This document shows positions 9,329 through 17,895 of a stretch of 64,000 nt of DNA, piece by piece. Position numbers and translations under genes: made by a program. Position 1 is the stretch's first letter, and every line of letters starts with the position of its first letter. The notes beneath the pieces were generated by a model, which was not told the origin of the DNA, ran no database searches, and saw only the letters and a list, made by a program, of their open reading frames with translations. Origin of the DNA: an uncultured Gemmatimonadales bacterium (lineage in GTDB: Bacteria > Gemmatimonadota > Gemmatimonadetes > Gemmatimonadales > GWC2-71-9); assembly GCA_963695555.1 (NCBI GenBank), contig CAVOGR010000002.1:32001-96000 (forward strand), written 5' to 3'.

Positions 9329-10018
9329 TCATGCCTTTCCCCCTCGTCCCAACCACCCTCTCACCTTGTGCTTTACCCCCTCGAACGGAATCCGATCGAT
9401 CGGGTCGGCGTCCTTCTCTTTGATCTTGATGTCGGCCACGAACGAATCGCCGTGGAACCAGATGTTGATCACCGGCGCCACGCTGCGTTTGGCTCGGCTC
9501 CGGCTGTGCTTGACCGAGCTCATCACACCATGAACTTCGTGTTCGATCTTGACGTCGAGCGGCACGGTGATCTTGATCTCGGCAATATAGGCTGAAATCT
9601 CGAGGTCCACGTCTTCAGTCAGGAATTTCGCCTCCCGGAAGTCCAGCTGCAGGCTCCCGAAGATTGCGAGGCATTTAATGGTCGGCGGAACGGTCCACGG
9701 CCCGGCCCGCTGCGCCGACCCGAACACGGCAGTGATCCGGAGCGGCTCGTCCGAGACGGCCAGGGCATCGGCCGATGTGTAGTCGGGATACGCCTCGAGT
9801 TCGTACTGCTCCCCGCGTGCCAGGACAGGCATGGGTTCGACGGGCGTGAGCCCCATCAAGTCGGCCACGATGGCCTCGATCATGGCGGCATTGGTGGCCT
9901 CTTGCACCAATCCAAACCGCGCCTCGAACGCCTCCACCGACAAGTCACCACGGGCCTGCGCCTGACACAAGAGCTCGATGGCCTGAGTGCGGGCGAGGGC
10001 GTGGGCGTTTGAGTGCAT
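9329..10018 (-). CDS. DUF1707 (SHOCT-like) + LiaF-C-like cell-envelope stress protein
   Basis: RTQAIELLCQAQARGDLSVEAFEAR (DUF1707 pattern); AVFGSAQRAGPW...AIFGSLQLDFREA...IKITVP. Confidence 0.75.
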   Translation of the reverse strand: MHSNAHALARTQAIELLCQAQARGDLSVEAFEARFGLVQEATNAAMIEAIVADLMGLTPVEPMPVLARGEQYELEAYPDYTSADALAVSDEPLRITAVFGSAQRAGPWTVPPTIKCLAIFGSLQLDFREAKFLTEDVDLEISAYIAEIKITVPLDVKIEHEVHGVMSSVKHSRSRAKRSVAPVINIWFHGDSFVADIKIKEKDADPIDRIPFEGVKHKVRGWLGRGGKA

Positions 10019-10042
10019 AGGGAATCTGGAAGTTATGAGAAG

Positions 10043-10110
10043 CTATTGGCTATTGGCTATTGGACCTGTGCAAATCGAGCTAATAGCTAATAGCTAATAG
10101 CCAATAGCAA
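10043..10110. repeat. Second heptamer family (TATTGGC / GCTAATA) as an inverted pair
   Basis: Also at 2318-2332, 9256-9315, 10836-10850 and 35212-35260. Confidence 0.85.
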
Positions 10111-10139
10111 TCAGTCCTTAGCCATCCCGCCTGGCAACC

Positions 10140-10754
10140 TCACGGCGCCCTCACCACCAGATTCGACCGGTGCGCATAGCCGACCGGTTCCCCGCCGATC
10201 GAGACGCGGTACCAGCCTTGGTCGAGCGAATCGACCAGCACGGCATCACCGGGCTCGAGCACCCGAACGGTGGGGGCGTCCCGACCGCGGTCCCGGCGCA
10301 CGTTGACCCAGGTACTGGCGTAGCGCCGCGACTGTTGGCCGGTGGGAGTGGCGGCGAGCGGCGGTAGAACCGGGGCCGGGGCCGCTACCGCCGGCGTGGT
10401 GTCGGCCACCGGACCCTGTGGCTGACTGTCTTGCCCGATCTGCCCGACGGCTGCCGTATCAGGGAGGGCGGTCTCGACCGGCTGCTGACGCTCGGTCGCA
10501 GGCGGCGGCGCGATCGCCACCCCCGACTCCACACCCGCGCTCGACGAGCCGCGCCAGCTCTGGAACGCCACCACCGCGGCGGCCAGGGCCACCAGGGCCA
10601 GGGCCACAACCAGCGCCGGCCGCACCATCCTGGCCCGGGGCGGCGGGATACTCAGCTTGAGCTGCTGCGGCGGGAACTGGTAACCGCAATGCGGGCATTG
10701 CGTCGCGATGCTCAGCATCGTCTTGCCGCATTCCGGGCAATCCATGTAGGCCAT
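10140..10754 (-). CDS. Zn-ribbon + TM + bacterial SH3 domain protein
   Basis: CPECG...CPHCG, hydrophobic helix, YASTWVNVRRD...DSLDQGWYRV...GYAH. Confidence 0.85.
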   Translation of the reverse strand: MAYMDCPECGKTMLSIATQCPHCGYQFPPQQLKLSIPPPRARMVRPALVVALALVALAAAVVAFQSWRGSSSAGVESGVAIAPPPATERQQPVETALPDTAAVGQIGQDSQPQGPVADTTPAVAAPAPVLPPLAATPTGQQSRRYASTWVNVRRDRGRDAPTVRVLEPGDAVLVDSLDQGWYRVSIGGEPVGYAHRSNLVVRAP

Positions 10755-10854
10755 GATAGGTCGGAATATCGATTCGGCGGACGGCTCGGGGCAACAGGTG
10801 AGTTGCAGGGAAGGGATCGCTGAAGGGCTGCCTGCTATTAGCTATTGGCTACTT

Positions 10855-10920
10855 GAGGGAGTAGGGAGCAGGGAGTAGGGAGTCGGATTGCTCCTCACTC
10901 CTTACTCCTTACCCCCTACT
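10855..10920. repeat. Inverted pair of heptamer arrays (GGGAGTA...TACTCCT)
   Basis: Directly visible; could fold as a long hairpin downstream of the S9 peptidase. Confidence 0.8.
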
Positions 10921-10949
10921 GCCGAACTTCCCGCCTTCCCGTCTCTTTG

Positions 10950-12995
10950 TCAGGGCACCAACCGACATCCCTCCACTTTCTCGCCCTGCGCCCCGCAGAT
11001 CACCCCGCGCAGGAAGTCGAACTGGACCTGATAGTACTCCATCAGGTTCTCGAGACCCTTGATCCCGTGGCCTTGGCCCTCAAATTCGACGTAGGTGACC
11101 GGCTTATCCAATTCCACGGCCTTGTCGTTGAATTGGCGGCTCTCGCTCACCCCCACGCGGTTGTCGTTCGAGCCGTGGGTCAGGAGGAGCGGTGCCTGAA
11201 GTAAGTCGACGTGGGCGAGTGGCGAGCGATCGAGCAGTTTGTCACGCTCAGTCTTGGGGTCGCCCGCCTCGAGGATAATCCAGTCGGGAATATTGGTGGC
11301 GTCGTAGAACGTCACGATGCTCGAGAATCCGGCGTGACTCAGGCCAAAACCGAATGGGTACGACTCGCCCCGACCGTTGGTTTCCGGCGGGAAGGTGAGT
11401 GCCCGCATAGTGGCGTAGCCGCCGTGCGACCCGCCGGCGACCCCGATCTGATTCGGCGCTAGGCCCAACTTCCGCTCCAGAAACCGTGCGCCATAGAAGA
11501 GATCGATGATCTCGTCGCCGCCCAGGTCGCGGTCGTTGAGCGCCATGAACTCCTTGCCGAACCCCGAGTTGCCGCGCACCGCAGGCGACAGCCAGCTGAT
11601 CCCCGCCTCGCAGTAAATGTTCTGGCGGGTCGAGTAACTATTCCCTCCCCCGTAGAACGATGTGATCACCGCCAGACGCTCGGCTGGATTGGAGCGCGGT
11701 TGCTTCGGTGTCATGAGGTAGGAGTGCAGCTGGCGCGGGGCCCCGGTCTTGGGATCGATATCGAACGTGGGATACTCGATCCGCTCGACGTTGCACTGCT
11801 CGATCGCACGGGCGATGGGCTCCGGGAGCCGAATCTTGGGCTCGAGAGTCCAGACGGGTTTGCCCTTCTCGATCGCGATCCACATCTCCTCGGCGCGAAA
11901 CGGTGATGCCGCCGAGGCCAGCGAGATGATGAAGTGGTTCTTGTCATCGAAGCCGATGACGCCGATGTTGGCGTTGAACGTCTTCTGGCCCAGGACCTTG
12001 CCCGTCTCCGGATCGATCACCTGCATCACATTCTCGTGTGGCCGGTCGAGCGTCTGCAGGATGAGTTTCCGTCCATCGATGTCCAACAGCGTATGCCAGG
12101 CCTGTTCCTCGACCGTTGAGACCTGCCGTGACGATTGTTGGGCGAGATCATAGACATAGAGATTGGCGTAACCGGTTTCATCGGACACGTAGTAGAACCG
12201 GTCATTGTCGAGCCACCCCTTCTCGTAGGAACCCAGCGCATAGCGCTCGATTCCGTCAGGCAGCAGCATCTCGAGCTTGGGTTCCGAGGCCGTGAGGTCC
12301 AGATAGGCCAGGTTGCCCTGCTTTCGGTGGCCATTCCGGTTGAGCTTGAGGACCACGCCGCTTCCGTCAGGCCGGAAGTTGACACTGGTCCACACCATGC
12401 GGTACTCGGCGCCTTCTTCGCACAGTACCTCGCGATTGAGACCGCTGGCAGGATCGAGCAGGGTCAGGCAATTGCGATATGGCTCGGTCGTGCCGTAGCG
12501 CGCGATGTAACCGATGGTCTTCTTGCCCTTCGAGAAGCCCCAGCCGTAGATGTAGGGCACCCAGGTCAGCCGCTCGAGCGATCCGTCCGCGAGCGACATC
12601 CGGTAGAGGTTGATCACCTCGTCGTTCTTCTCGTCGCCCAGCAGGATCATGTTGCCGCGAAGTGAGTCGTAGCGGGTGCCCCAGAAATTCCGGGTGGACC
12701 AATCGATGTCGTGAAGCCGCCGACCCGCCTCCGGATTCACTTGGCCCGACCCGCGCCCCACCGTGAGCGGCTGGACCATGAGGAAGTTGCCCTCGGGGGT
12801 GGTGTGGAAGTAGAACAGCCGGCCGGCCTCGAAATCCGCGTCCCAGCCACTGTAAGGAAAACCTTGGAAATACGGCTCGAGGTTGATGGTCCGGCCCAAA
12901 AGACTCACAGTGTACTTGGCCGCGTCCTGGGCCGGGAGTTGCGTGGGCGAGAGAATCCAGCCGACGAAGGCAATGAGGATCAGTCGTTTCAACAT
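10950..12995 (-). CDS. Secreted S9 (prolyl oligopeptidase/acylaminoacyl peptidase) family serine peptidase
   Basis: Signal peptide MLKRLILIAFVG..., beta-propeller-like N-part, GGSHGG nucleophile, HGSNDNRV Asp, EGQGHG His. Confidence 0.9.
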   Translation of the reverse strand: MLKRLILIAFVGWILSPTQLPAQDAAKYTVSLLGRTINLEPYFQGFPYSGWDADFEAGRLFYFHTTPEGNFLMVQPLTVGRGSGQVNPEAGRRLHDIDWSTRNFWGTRYDSLRGNMILLGDEKNDEVINLYRMSLADGSLERLTWVPYIYGWGFSKGKKTIGYIARYGTTEPYRNCLTLLDPASGLNREVLCEEGAEYRMVWTSVNFRPDGSGVVLKLNRNGHRKQGNLAYLDLTASEPKLEMLLPDGIERYALGSYEKGWLDNDRFYYVSDETGYANLYVYDLAQQSSRQVSTVEEQAWHTLLDIDGRKLILQTLDRPHENVMQVIDPETGKVLGQKTFNANIGVIGFDDKNHFIISLASAASPFRAEEMWIAIEKGKPVWTLEPKIRLPEPIARAIEQCNVERIEYPTFDIDPKTGAPRQLHSYLMTPKQPRSNPAERLAVITSFYGGGNSYSTRQNIYCEAGISWLSPAVRGNSGFGKEFMALNDRDLGGDEIIDLFYGARFLERKLGLAPNQIGVAGGSHGGYATMRALTFPPETNGRGESYPFGFGLSHAGFSSIVTFYDATNIPDWIILEAGDPKTERDKLLDRSPLAHVDLLQAPLLLTHGSNDNRVGVSESRQFNDKAVELDKPVTYVEFEGQGHGIKGLENLMEYYQVQFDFLRGVICGAQGEKVEGCRLVP

Positions 12996-13211
12996 GGCGA
13001 GCACCTGGTTTTGGTGGCCCAAGACAGCGAGTATGGGAAACGCGAGCTCGACATCGAGCGCCGAGTCGACCTATTGTCTCCCATCGAGCATGAGAGTGTG
13101 ATGAAGGATCTCTGAAGCCTTATCTTGCCCCCCGCGCCCACAGAGTCTATCGATTAGGTGCGTCGGTGGAGGACAAGTACCAATGGAGACCCGAGGCATG
13201 CTGAGGCGTTC

Positions 13212-14486
13212 ATGACCCAATCCTCGACATCGGTGGCGATTGTGGGTGGCGGGCTGGCGGGGCTCTGTGCCGCACGCCGGCTCACGGACATGGGGGTGAC
13301 GTGCTCCATCATCGAGGCGAGCGACAGGGTTGGAGGCAGGGTGGCCACCGATACAGTCGACGGATTCCTGCTCGACCGGGGCTTCCAGGTGTTCCTGACC
13401 TCCTATCCAGAGGCCCGCCAGGTCCTGGATTACGAAGGACTCGAGCTGCACGAATTTCTCTCCGGCAGCCTGGTCCGTTGGAGCAGCCGGATGTACCCCG
13501 TGGCCGATCCCTGGCGGCAGCCGCTCGAAGGGATGAAATCGCTGTTCACACCCGTCATGCGGCTCGGCGACGCGACGAAGCTCGCCCGGCTTCGCCAGGA
13601 CGCGCTCGAGCGGAGCCGGGCAGGCGCCGCGGCCGAGCCGGACGAATCGACGCTGCGCTACCTCAGGCGCCTTGGCCTCTCGACGGAAGTGATCGAACGG
13701 TTCTTCCGGCCCTTCTTTAGCGGGGTATTCCTCGATCCGGAACTGGCGACATCGCGGTCGCTGTTCGACTTCGTGTTTGCCATGTTTGCGACCGGCCACG
13801 CGACGCTCCCCGCGGCTGGAATGGGTGCTATCCCAGAGCAACTTCATGCCGGCCTCCCGCCCGACACGGTTCGCACCGGCTCGCGGGTGCGCAGTGTGCG
13901 CCCGGGCATCGTGGAGTTGGCGTCGGGCGAGGAGATCCGAGCTGCGTCGATCATCCTCGCGACCGATGCCGCGCAGGCGGCGGCGCTCTCGCCCATTCGC
14001 CCGAGGGTGGCCTGGCACGGGTGTACCACGAGCTACTTTGCTGCCGACAAGGCCCCGCTCACCGACCCGATCTTAGTGCTGAACGGCGACGGCCCCGCGA
14101 GCGGGCCAGTAAACCATCTCGCCGTGCCGAGCAACGTCGCCGCGTCTTATGCACCGGCGGGAGCCGCGTTGATCTCGGCGACCATTCTGGGTGTGCCGGC
14201 TGCAGAGGACTTGAGTCTCGAAGAACAGGTGCGGCAGCAGCTGACCGGATGGTTCGGGCCTGCGGTCCGTTCCTGGCGGCATCTTCGAACCGACCGGATT
14301 GCACATGCGCTTCCCACGTACAGTCTGAGCCGGGCGCCCAACAATGGCGCCGCCGAACGGCTGGATGAGACCGTGTTTGCCTGCGGCGACTATCTAGAGA
14401 ATCCCTCGATCAACGGCGCCATGCTCTCAGGCCGCCGCGCCGCCGACCGGGTGCTCGCGACGCTCGGCGTGGCAGTCACGGATTAG
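13212..14486 (+). CDS. FAD-dependent oxidoreductase (flavin amine oxidase/HemY-like)
   Basis: VAIVGGGLAGL...EASDRVGGRV...DRGFQV; C-terminal ACGDY...SINGAMLSGRRAA. Confidence 0.88.
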   Translation: MTQSSTSVAIVGGGLAGLCAARRLTDMGVTCSIIEASDRVGGRVATDTVDGFLLDRGFQVFLTSYPEARQVLDYEGLELHEFLSGSLVRWSSRMYPVADPWRQPLEGMKSLFTPVMRLGDATKLARLRQDALERSRAGAAAEPDESTLRYLRRLGLSTEVIERFFRPFFSGVFLDPELATSRSLFDFVFAMFATGHATLPAAGMGAIPEQLHAGLPPDTVRTGSRVRSVRPGIVELASGEEIRAASIILATDAAQAAALSPIRPRVAWHGCTTSYFAADKAPLTDPILVLNGDGPASGPVNHLAVPSNVAASYAPAGAALISATILGVPAAEDLSLEEQVRQQLTGWFGPAVRSWRHLRTDRIAHALPTYSLSRAPNNGAAERLDETVFACGDYLENPSINGAMLSGRRAADRVLATLGVAVTD

Positions 14487-14494
14487 CACTTTCC

Positions 14495-15376
14495 ATGGGC
14501 TCGTCGCCCGTTGCCGTTTCACGCGGCGGAAGGAATGTCGACTTGAATGACCATCGGATCTATCGTGTGACGTCCATCGGGCGGCCGCTCGACCCGAGCT
14601 ATCGCACCAACCTGGCCGTGTTGGTGCTGATGCCCGTGGCCGCTCTTGTTGCCGCCCTGGCGGCGGCGATCCGCGGGGATGGATTCGGAGCAATCGCGGC
14701 ACAGGCCCTGGTGGGTCCTGCTGCGGCATTCGGCGCCTGGGCATTGGCGCGTGAGCTGGCGCCGGACGACAACCCCGCCGCCTTCGTCAGCATGGCGCTG
14801 GCCTTTGCGGCGTCGCTCACCGTCGCCTCGCCGAGCCTGCTGCTCCTGTTCACCACGCTGGGTATGGTGCGGATCGTGAACCGGACGGTGGGGCCGCCCG
14901 CCCGCCTGACCGATTCCCTGGTAGTGCTCGGCCTGATCCTGGCGACGGCCTGGATCATCCGGAGTCCCGTGCTGCCGGTGGTCGGGGCGGTCGCGTTTGC
15001 GCTCGACGCATCGCTCGAAGACGGAACGCGTCGCCAGCTCGCATTCGCCATGCTGGCCTTGGTCGGTGCGGCAGTGGCGCTTGGTGTGGTGGACACCGCG
15101 ACTGAAAGCCACACGCTTCCCGTCGCGACCGGTGTCCTGATTGGGATCGTGAGCGTGGGGTTCGGCATCGCCATCGCGCGGACCCGCCGGGTGAGTTCCG
15201 TGGCCGACATGACCGGCCAGCCGTTGTCGGTGAATCGTGTCCGGGCCGGAATGTTCATCGCACTACTCGTCGCGGTCCAGGCGGTGTTGCTGGGAACGGA
15301 AGGCCTCGAGCTATCGGCCCTCGTCTGGGCCACGCTGGCAGGGGTGGCGATTGGGGGAGTAGGGAGTAGGGAGTAG
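14495..15376 (+). CDS. Hypothetical integral membrane protein (start uncertain)
   Basis: Many hydrophobic helices, WALARELAPDD motif; follows the oxidoreductase by 8 bp. Confidence 0.75.
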   Translation: MGSSPVAVSRGGRNVDLNDHRIYRVTSIGRPLDPSYRTNLAVLVLMPVAALVAALAAAIRGDGFGAIAAQALVGPAAAFGAWALARELAPDDNPAAFVSMALAFAASLTVASPSLLLLFTTLGMVRIVNRTVGPPARLTDSLVVLGLILATAWIIRSPVLPVVGAVAFALDASLEDGTRRQLAFAMLALVGAAVALGVVDTATESHTLPVATGVLIGIVSVGFGIAIARTRRVSSVADMTGQPLSVNRVRAGMFIALLVAVQAVLLGTEGLELSALVWATLAGVAIGGVGSRE

Positions 15377-15460
15377 GGAGTTGAGGGAGAGGACTAAGCG
15401 TAGGCACTGGGAGATTGGTGAGCTCCCTCTCCGACTCCCTTCTCCCTTCTCCCTACTCCC
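15355..15460. repeat. Heptamer arrays at a convergent gene junction
   Basis: (GGGAGTA)n followed by degenerate (TACTCCC)n. Confidence 0.8.
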
Positions 15461-15903
15461 TATTTCAAACCCACCACCGTCACGCCAGGGTTCCCGCGGC
15501 CCAGGTCCCGGTCGCTCTCGAGCTTGGGAAACTGCTTGACGATGGCGCTGCTCTTGGTGAAGTGCTCGCCTGCCACGTAACTCCGGACCAAGCCCTTCCG
15601 CTCGAGCTCGGGCAAGACGCGACGTACCGCATCGCGGAGGCTCCCGCCCTTCCCGCTCGAACCGTAGCCGTGAATCACCTTGAGCACCTTCACGCCTTGC
15701 CGGCGCGCGGTCTCGATGCGCCGCTGGAGCTTGGCGAGTGCCTCGGCGACGGTGGGGTGGCCGGTCTCGAGATTCACGGTTTGCAGCCACTTTCCGCGTT
15801 TGGCAGCACCGCTAAACGGGACCGAGGAGCCGCAGAACGGGCAGGTGCTCGTGTCGTCTTCGAGCGGGTTGCCGCAAGTAGGACAGAGAGGGCTGGAGGT
15901 CAT
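15460..15903 (-). CDS. Smr domain protein with N-terminal Zn ribbon
   Basis: CPTCG...CPFCG; VNLETGHPTVAEAL...LKVIHGYGSSGKGGSLR...GNPGVTVV. Confidence 0.88.
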   Translation of the reverse strand: MTSSPLCPTCGNPLEDDTSTCPFCGSSVPFSGAAKRGKWLQTVNLETGHPTVAEALAKLQRRIETARRQGVKVLKVIHGYGSSGKGGSLRDAVRRVLPELERKGLVRSYVAGEHFTKSSAIVKQFPKLESDRDLGRGNPGVTVVGLK

Positions 15904-15988
15904 GGGCGAATACACATCAATGACAGAAAGTGAGGAGTGAGGAGGCGCACCAATCGCTTCTCATAGCCCAATTCCACCTTCCCCGTTC

Positions 15989-16109
15989 CGTCATCCCGAG
16001 CGAAGCGAGGGATCTCTTCAACGGTTTCCCGGTCGCAGTCTAGGCCTAAGCGATCTTCCGGATATGCGTCAATGAGATCCCTCGGGCGCTGCGCACCCTC
16101 GGGATGACA
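15989..16109. repeat. Bipartite palindromic REP/MITE-like element, copy 3
   Basis: GTCATCCCGAGCGAAGCGAGGGATCTC ... GAGATCCCTCGGGCGCTGCGCACCCTCGGGATGACA. Confidence 0.9.
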
Positions 16110-16167
16110 GCTCCGAGCTTACCGACTACTCCTTACCCCTTACCCCTTACCCCTTACTCCTCACTCT

Positions 16168-17268
16168 CTACTGAAACTGCAGATTCCGCTCGAAGTCGCC
16201 GGGGCTGGTCGCGGCGGCCATCGCGGTCTTCTGGGAGATGTGGTCTTTCTTGAACAGCTCCATCAGGTGCTGATCGAAGGTCTGCATCCCGTACTGTTCG
16301 CGACCCTCCTCGAGATAGTCCTTGATCTCGGAGGTCTTTTCCTGGTTGGCGATACAGTCGGCGATGGTGGGCGTGTTCCGGAGGATCTCGACCGCCACGA
16401 CCCGGCCCTGGCCGTCCTTCCGCGGCAGCAGGCGCTGGGAGATCACCGCCTTCAGCGTCTCCGCCAGCCTGAGTCGGGTAGGCTTCTGCTCGGCGGCGTC
16501 GAACACGCTCACCAGCCGGGTGATGGTCTTGATCGCATCGGTGGTGTGCACCGTGCTGAAGACCAGATGTCCCGTCTCCGCCGCCTTGAGCGCCACATCG
16601 ATGGTGGCCCGGTCGCGCATCTCGCCGACCATAATGATGTCGGGATCCTGCCGAAGGGCCGCCCGTAGTGCATCCGCAAAGGTGCTGGTATCGGTACCGA
16701 GCTCGCGCTGAATGATGATGCTCTTCTGGTCCTTGTGGAGAAACTCGATCGGATCCTCGATGGTGACGACCTTGCCAGCTCGATTCTGATTGACGTAGCC
16801 CACCATCGCGGCCAGGGTCGATGACTTGCCGCTTCCCGTCACACCGGTCAGCAATACCAGACCGCGATCTTCCATCGAGATCTTCTCGAGCACCGGCGGG
16901 AGGCCGAGCTGCTCGAAGTCCGGCACCCCGACGGGGATGTTGCGCAATACGACAGCCAACGAACCCCGCTGGCTGCAGATATTCACTCTGAATCGGCCGC
17001 AATCTTGGAGCGAGTACGAGCAATCGAGGTCTTTGAGATCGTGGAGTACGCCATCGATGGAATCCGGTGTCGCCTTCTTCGCCGCCAGGAGGATGTGCCT
17101 GGAAATGGCCTCGGTGTCTTGCGGGGTCAAGCCTTCGGTCCCGGTGACGGGAACCATCTGCCCCCGAACGCGGAGCCGATACGGCCCGCCCGCCCCAACG
17201 TGGACATCCGAGGCATTCACCTCGATGGCCTTCTTGAGGATGGCGTCAAAGGTCCCGATAGTCGTCAT
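16168..17268 (-). CDS. pilT: PilT/PilU-family type IV pilus retraction ATPase
   Basis: ASDVH, RFRVN, GVTGSGKSST, TIEDPIE, QDPDIIMVGEMRD, AAETGHLVFSTVHT, GMQTFDQ. Lacks the canonical AIRNLIRE, so likely a paralogue. Confidence 0.9.
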   Translation of the reverse strand: MTTIGTFDAILKKAIEVNASDVHVGAGGPYRLRVRGQMVPVTGTEGLTPQDTEAISRHILLAAKKATPDSIDGVLHDLKDLDCSYSLQDCGRFRVNICSQRGSLAVVLRNIPVGVPDFEQLGLPPVLEKISMEDRGLVLLTGVTGSGKSSTLAAMVGYVNQNRAGKVVTIEDPIEFLHKDQKSIIIQRELGTDTSTFADALRAALRQDPDIIMVGEMRDRATIDVALKAAETGHLVFSTVHTTDAIKTITRLVSVFDAAEQKPTRLRLAETLKAVISQRLLPRKDGQGRVVAVEILRNTPTIADCIANQEKTSEIKDYLEEGREQYGMQTFDQHLMELFKKDHISQKTAMAAATSPGDFERNLQFQ

Positions 17269-17371
17269 TGGTGTTCCAGGTCAGGAATGTGCGGCGTTCA
17301 GACTAGGGAATACCCTAGCAACCAGGCGACCTTCGGCTCGGTAACTCGAATCGACAGGCGCGTATCCAACG

Positions 17372-17400
17372 CAAAGGGCGGGCCGTTTGGCCCGCCCTAA
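17372..17400 (-). terminator. Intrinsic terminator after rpsU
   Basis: AGGGCGGGCC-AAAC-GGCCCGCCCT followed by TTGCGTT on the minus strand. Confidence 0.8.
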
Positions 17401-17412
17401 CGAGTCGGATAC

Positions 17413-17613
17413 TCAGGCGATGCGCGGCCTGGGCTTCTTCCGCTTCCGCCGCTGGGCGGCCGCGGCCTTCAACCGTCGGGCCGTGCTCGGTTTGACGTGG
17501 TGCCGTCGCTGGCGGACTTCCTTCAGGATCCCGGACCGCTGGACCTTGCGTCGAAAGGCCTTGATGGCCTGTTCGATGCCGCCGTTTTCGGAGAGGGTGA
17601 CCTCTATCATCAT
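17413..17613 (-). CDS. rpsU: 30S ribosomal protein bS21
   Basis: IEQAIKAFRRKVQRSGILKEVRQRRHHVKPS...RRLKAAAAQRRKRK pattern, 66 aa. Confidence 0.92.
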   Translation of the reverse strand: MMIEVTLSENGGIEQAIKAFRRKVQRSGILKEVRQRRHHVKPSTARRLKAAAAQRRKRKKPRPRIA

Positions 17614-17733
17614 GCGCCTCGGATTGCGGTTTGCTTGAGGTGCCGACAGACAGAGAGGGCCGGCGCGAACGCCAGCCCTCTCGAGGTGTCGTCGGTGCTC
17701 CGCGCCTTTGAACGGCGCAGGAGTCGCTGAAGA

Positions 17734-17762
17734 AAGGTAACCGGGTGGTCGGGGGCCGACAA
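17734..17762 (-). promoter_or_regulatory. Putative sigma70 promoter for rpsU
   Basis: TTGTCG-N17-TACCTT. Confidence 0.5.
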
Positions 17763-17774
17763 CCGAGGGCCGCC

Positions 17775-17895
17775 CCTCTCACTCCTTACTCCTTACTGCT
17801 CACGACCTTACTTCCCTTCTTCCCGCCTTCCCGCCTTCCCCCTACTCCCTACTCCCTACTCCCTACTCCCTCCTCCCTCCTCCCTGCTCCCTACC
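17775..17895. repeat. Pyrimidine-rich heptamer/octamer arrays downstream of the glucan operon
   Basis: (TACTCCC)n and CTTCCCGC units. Confidence 0.85.
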
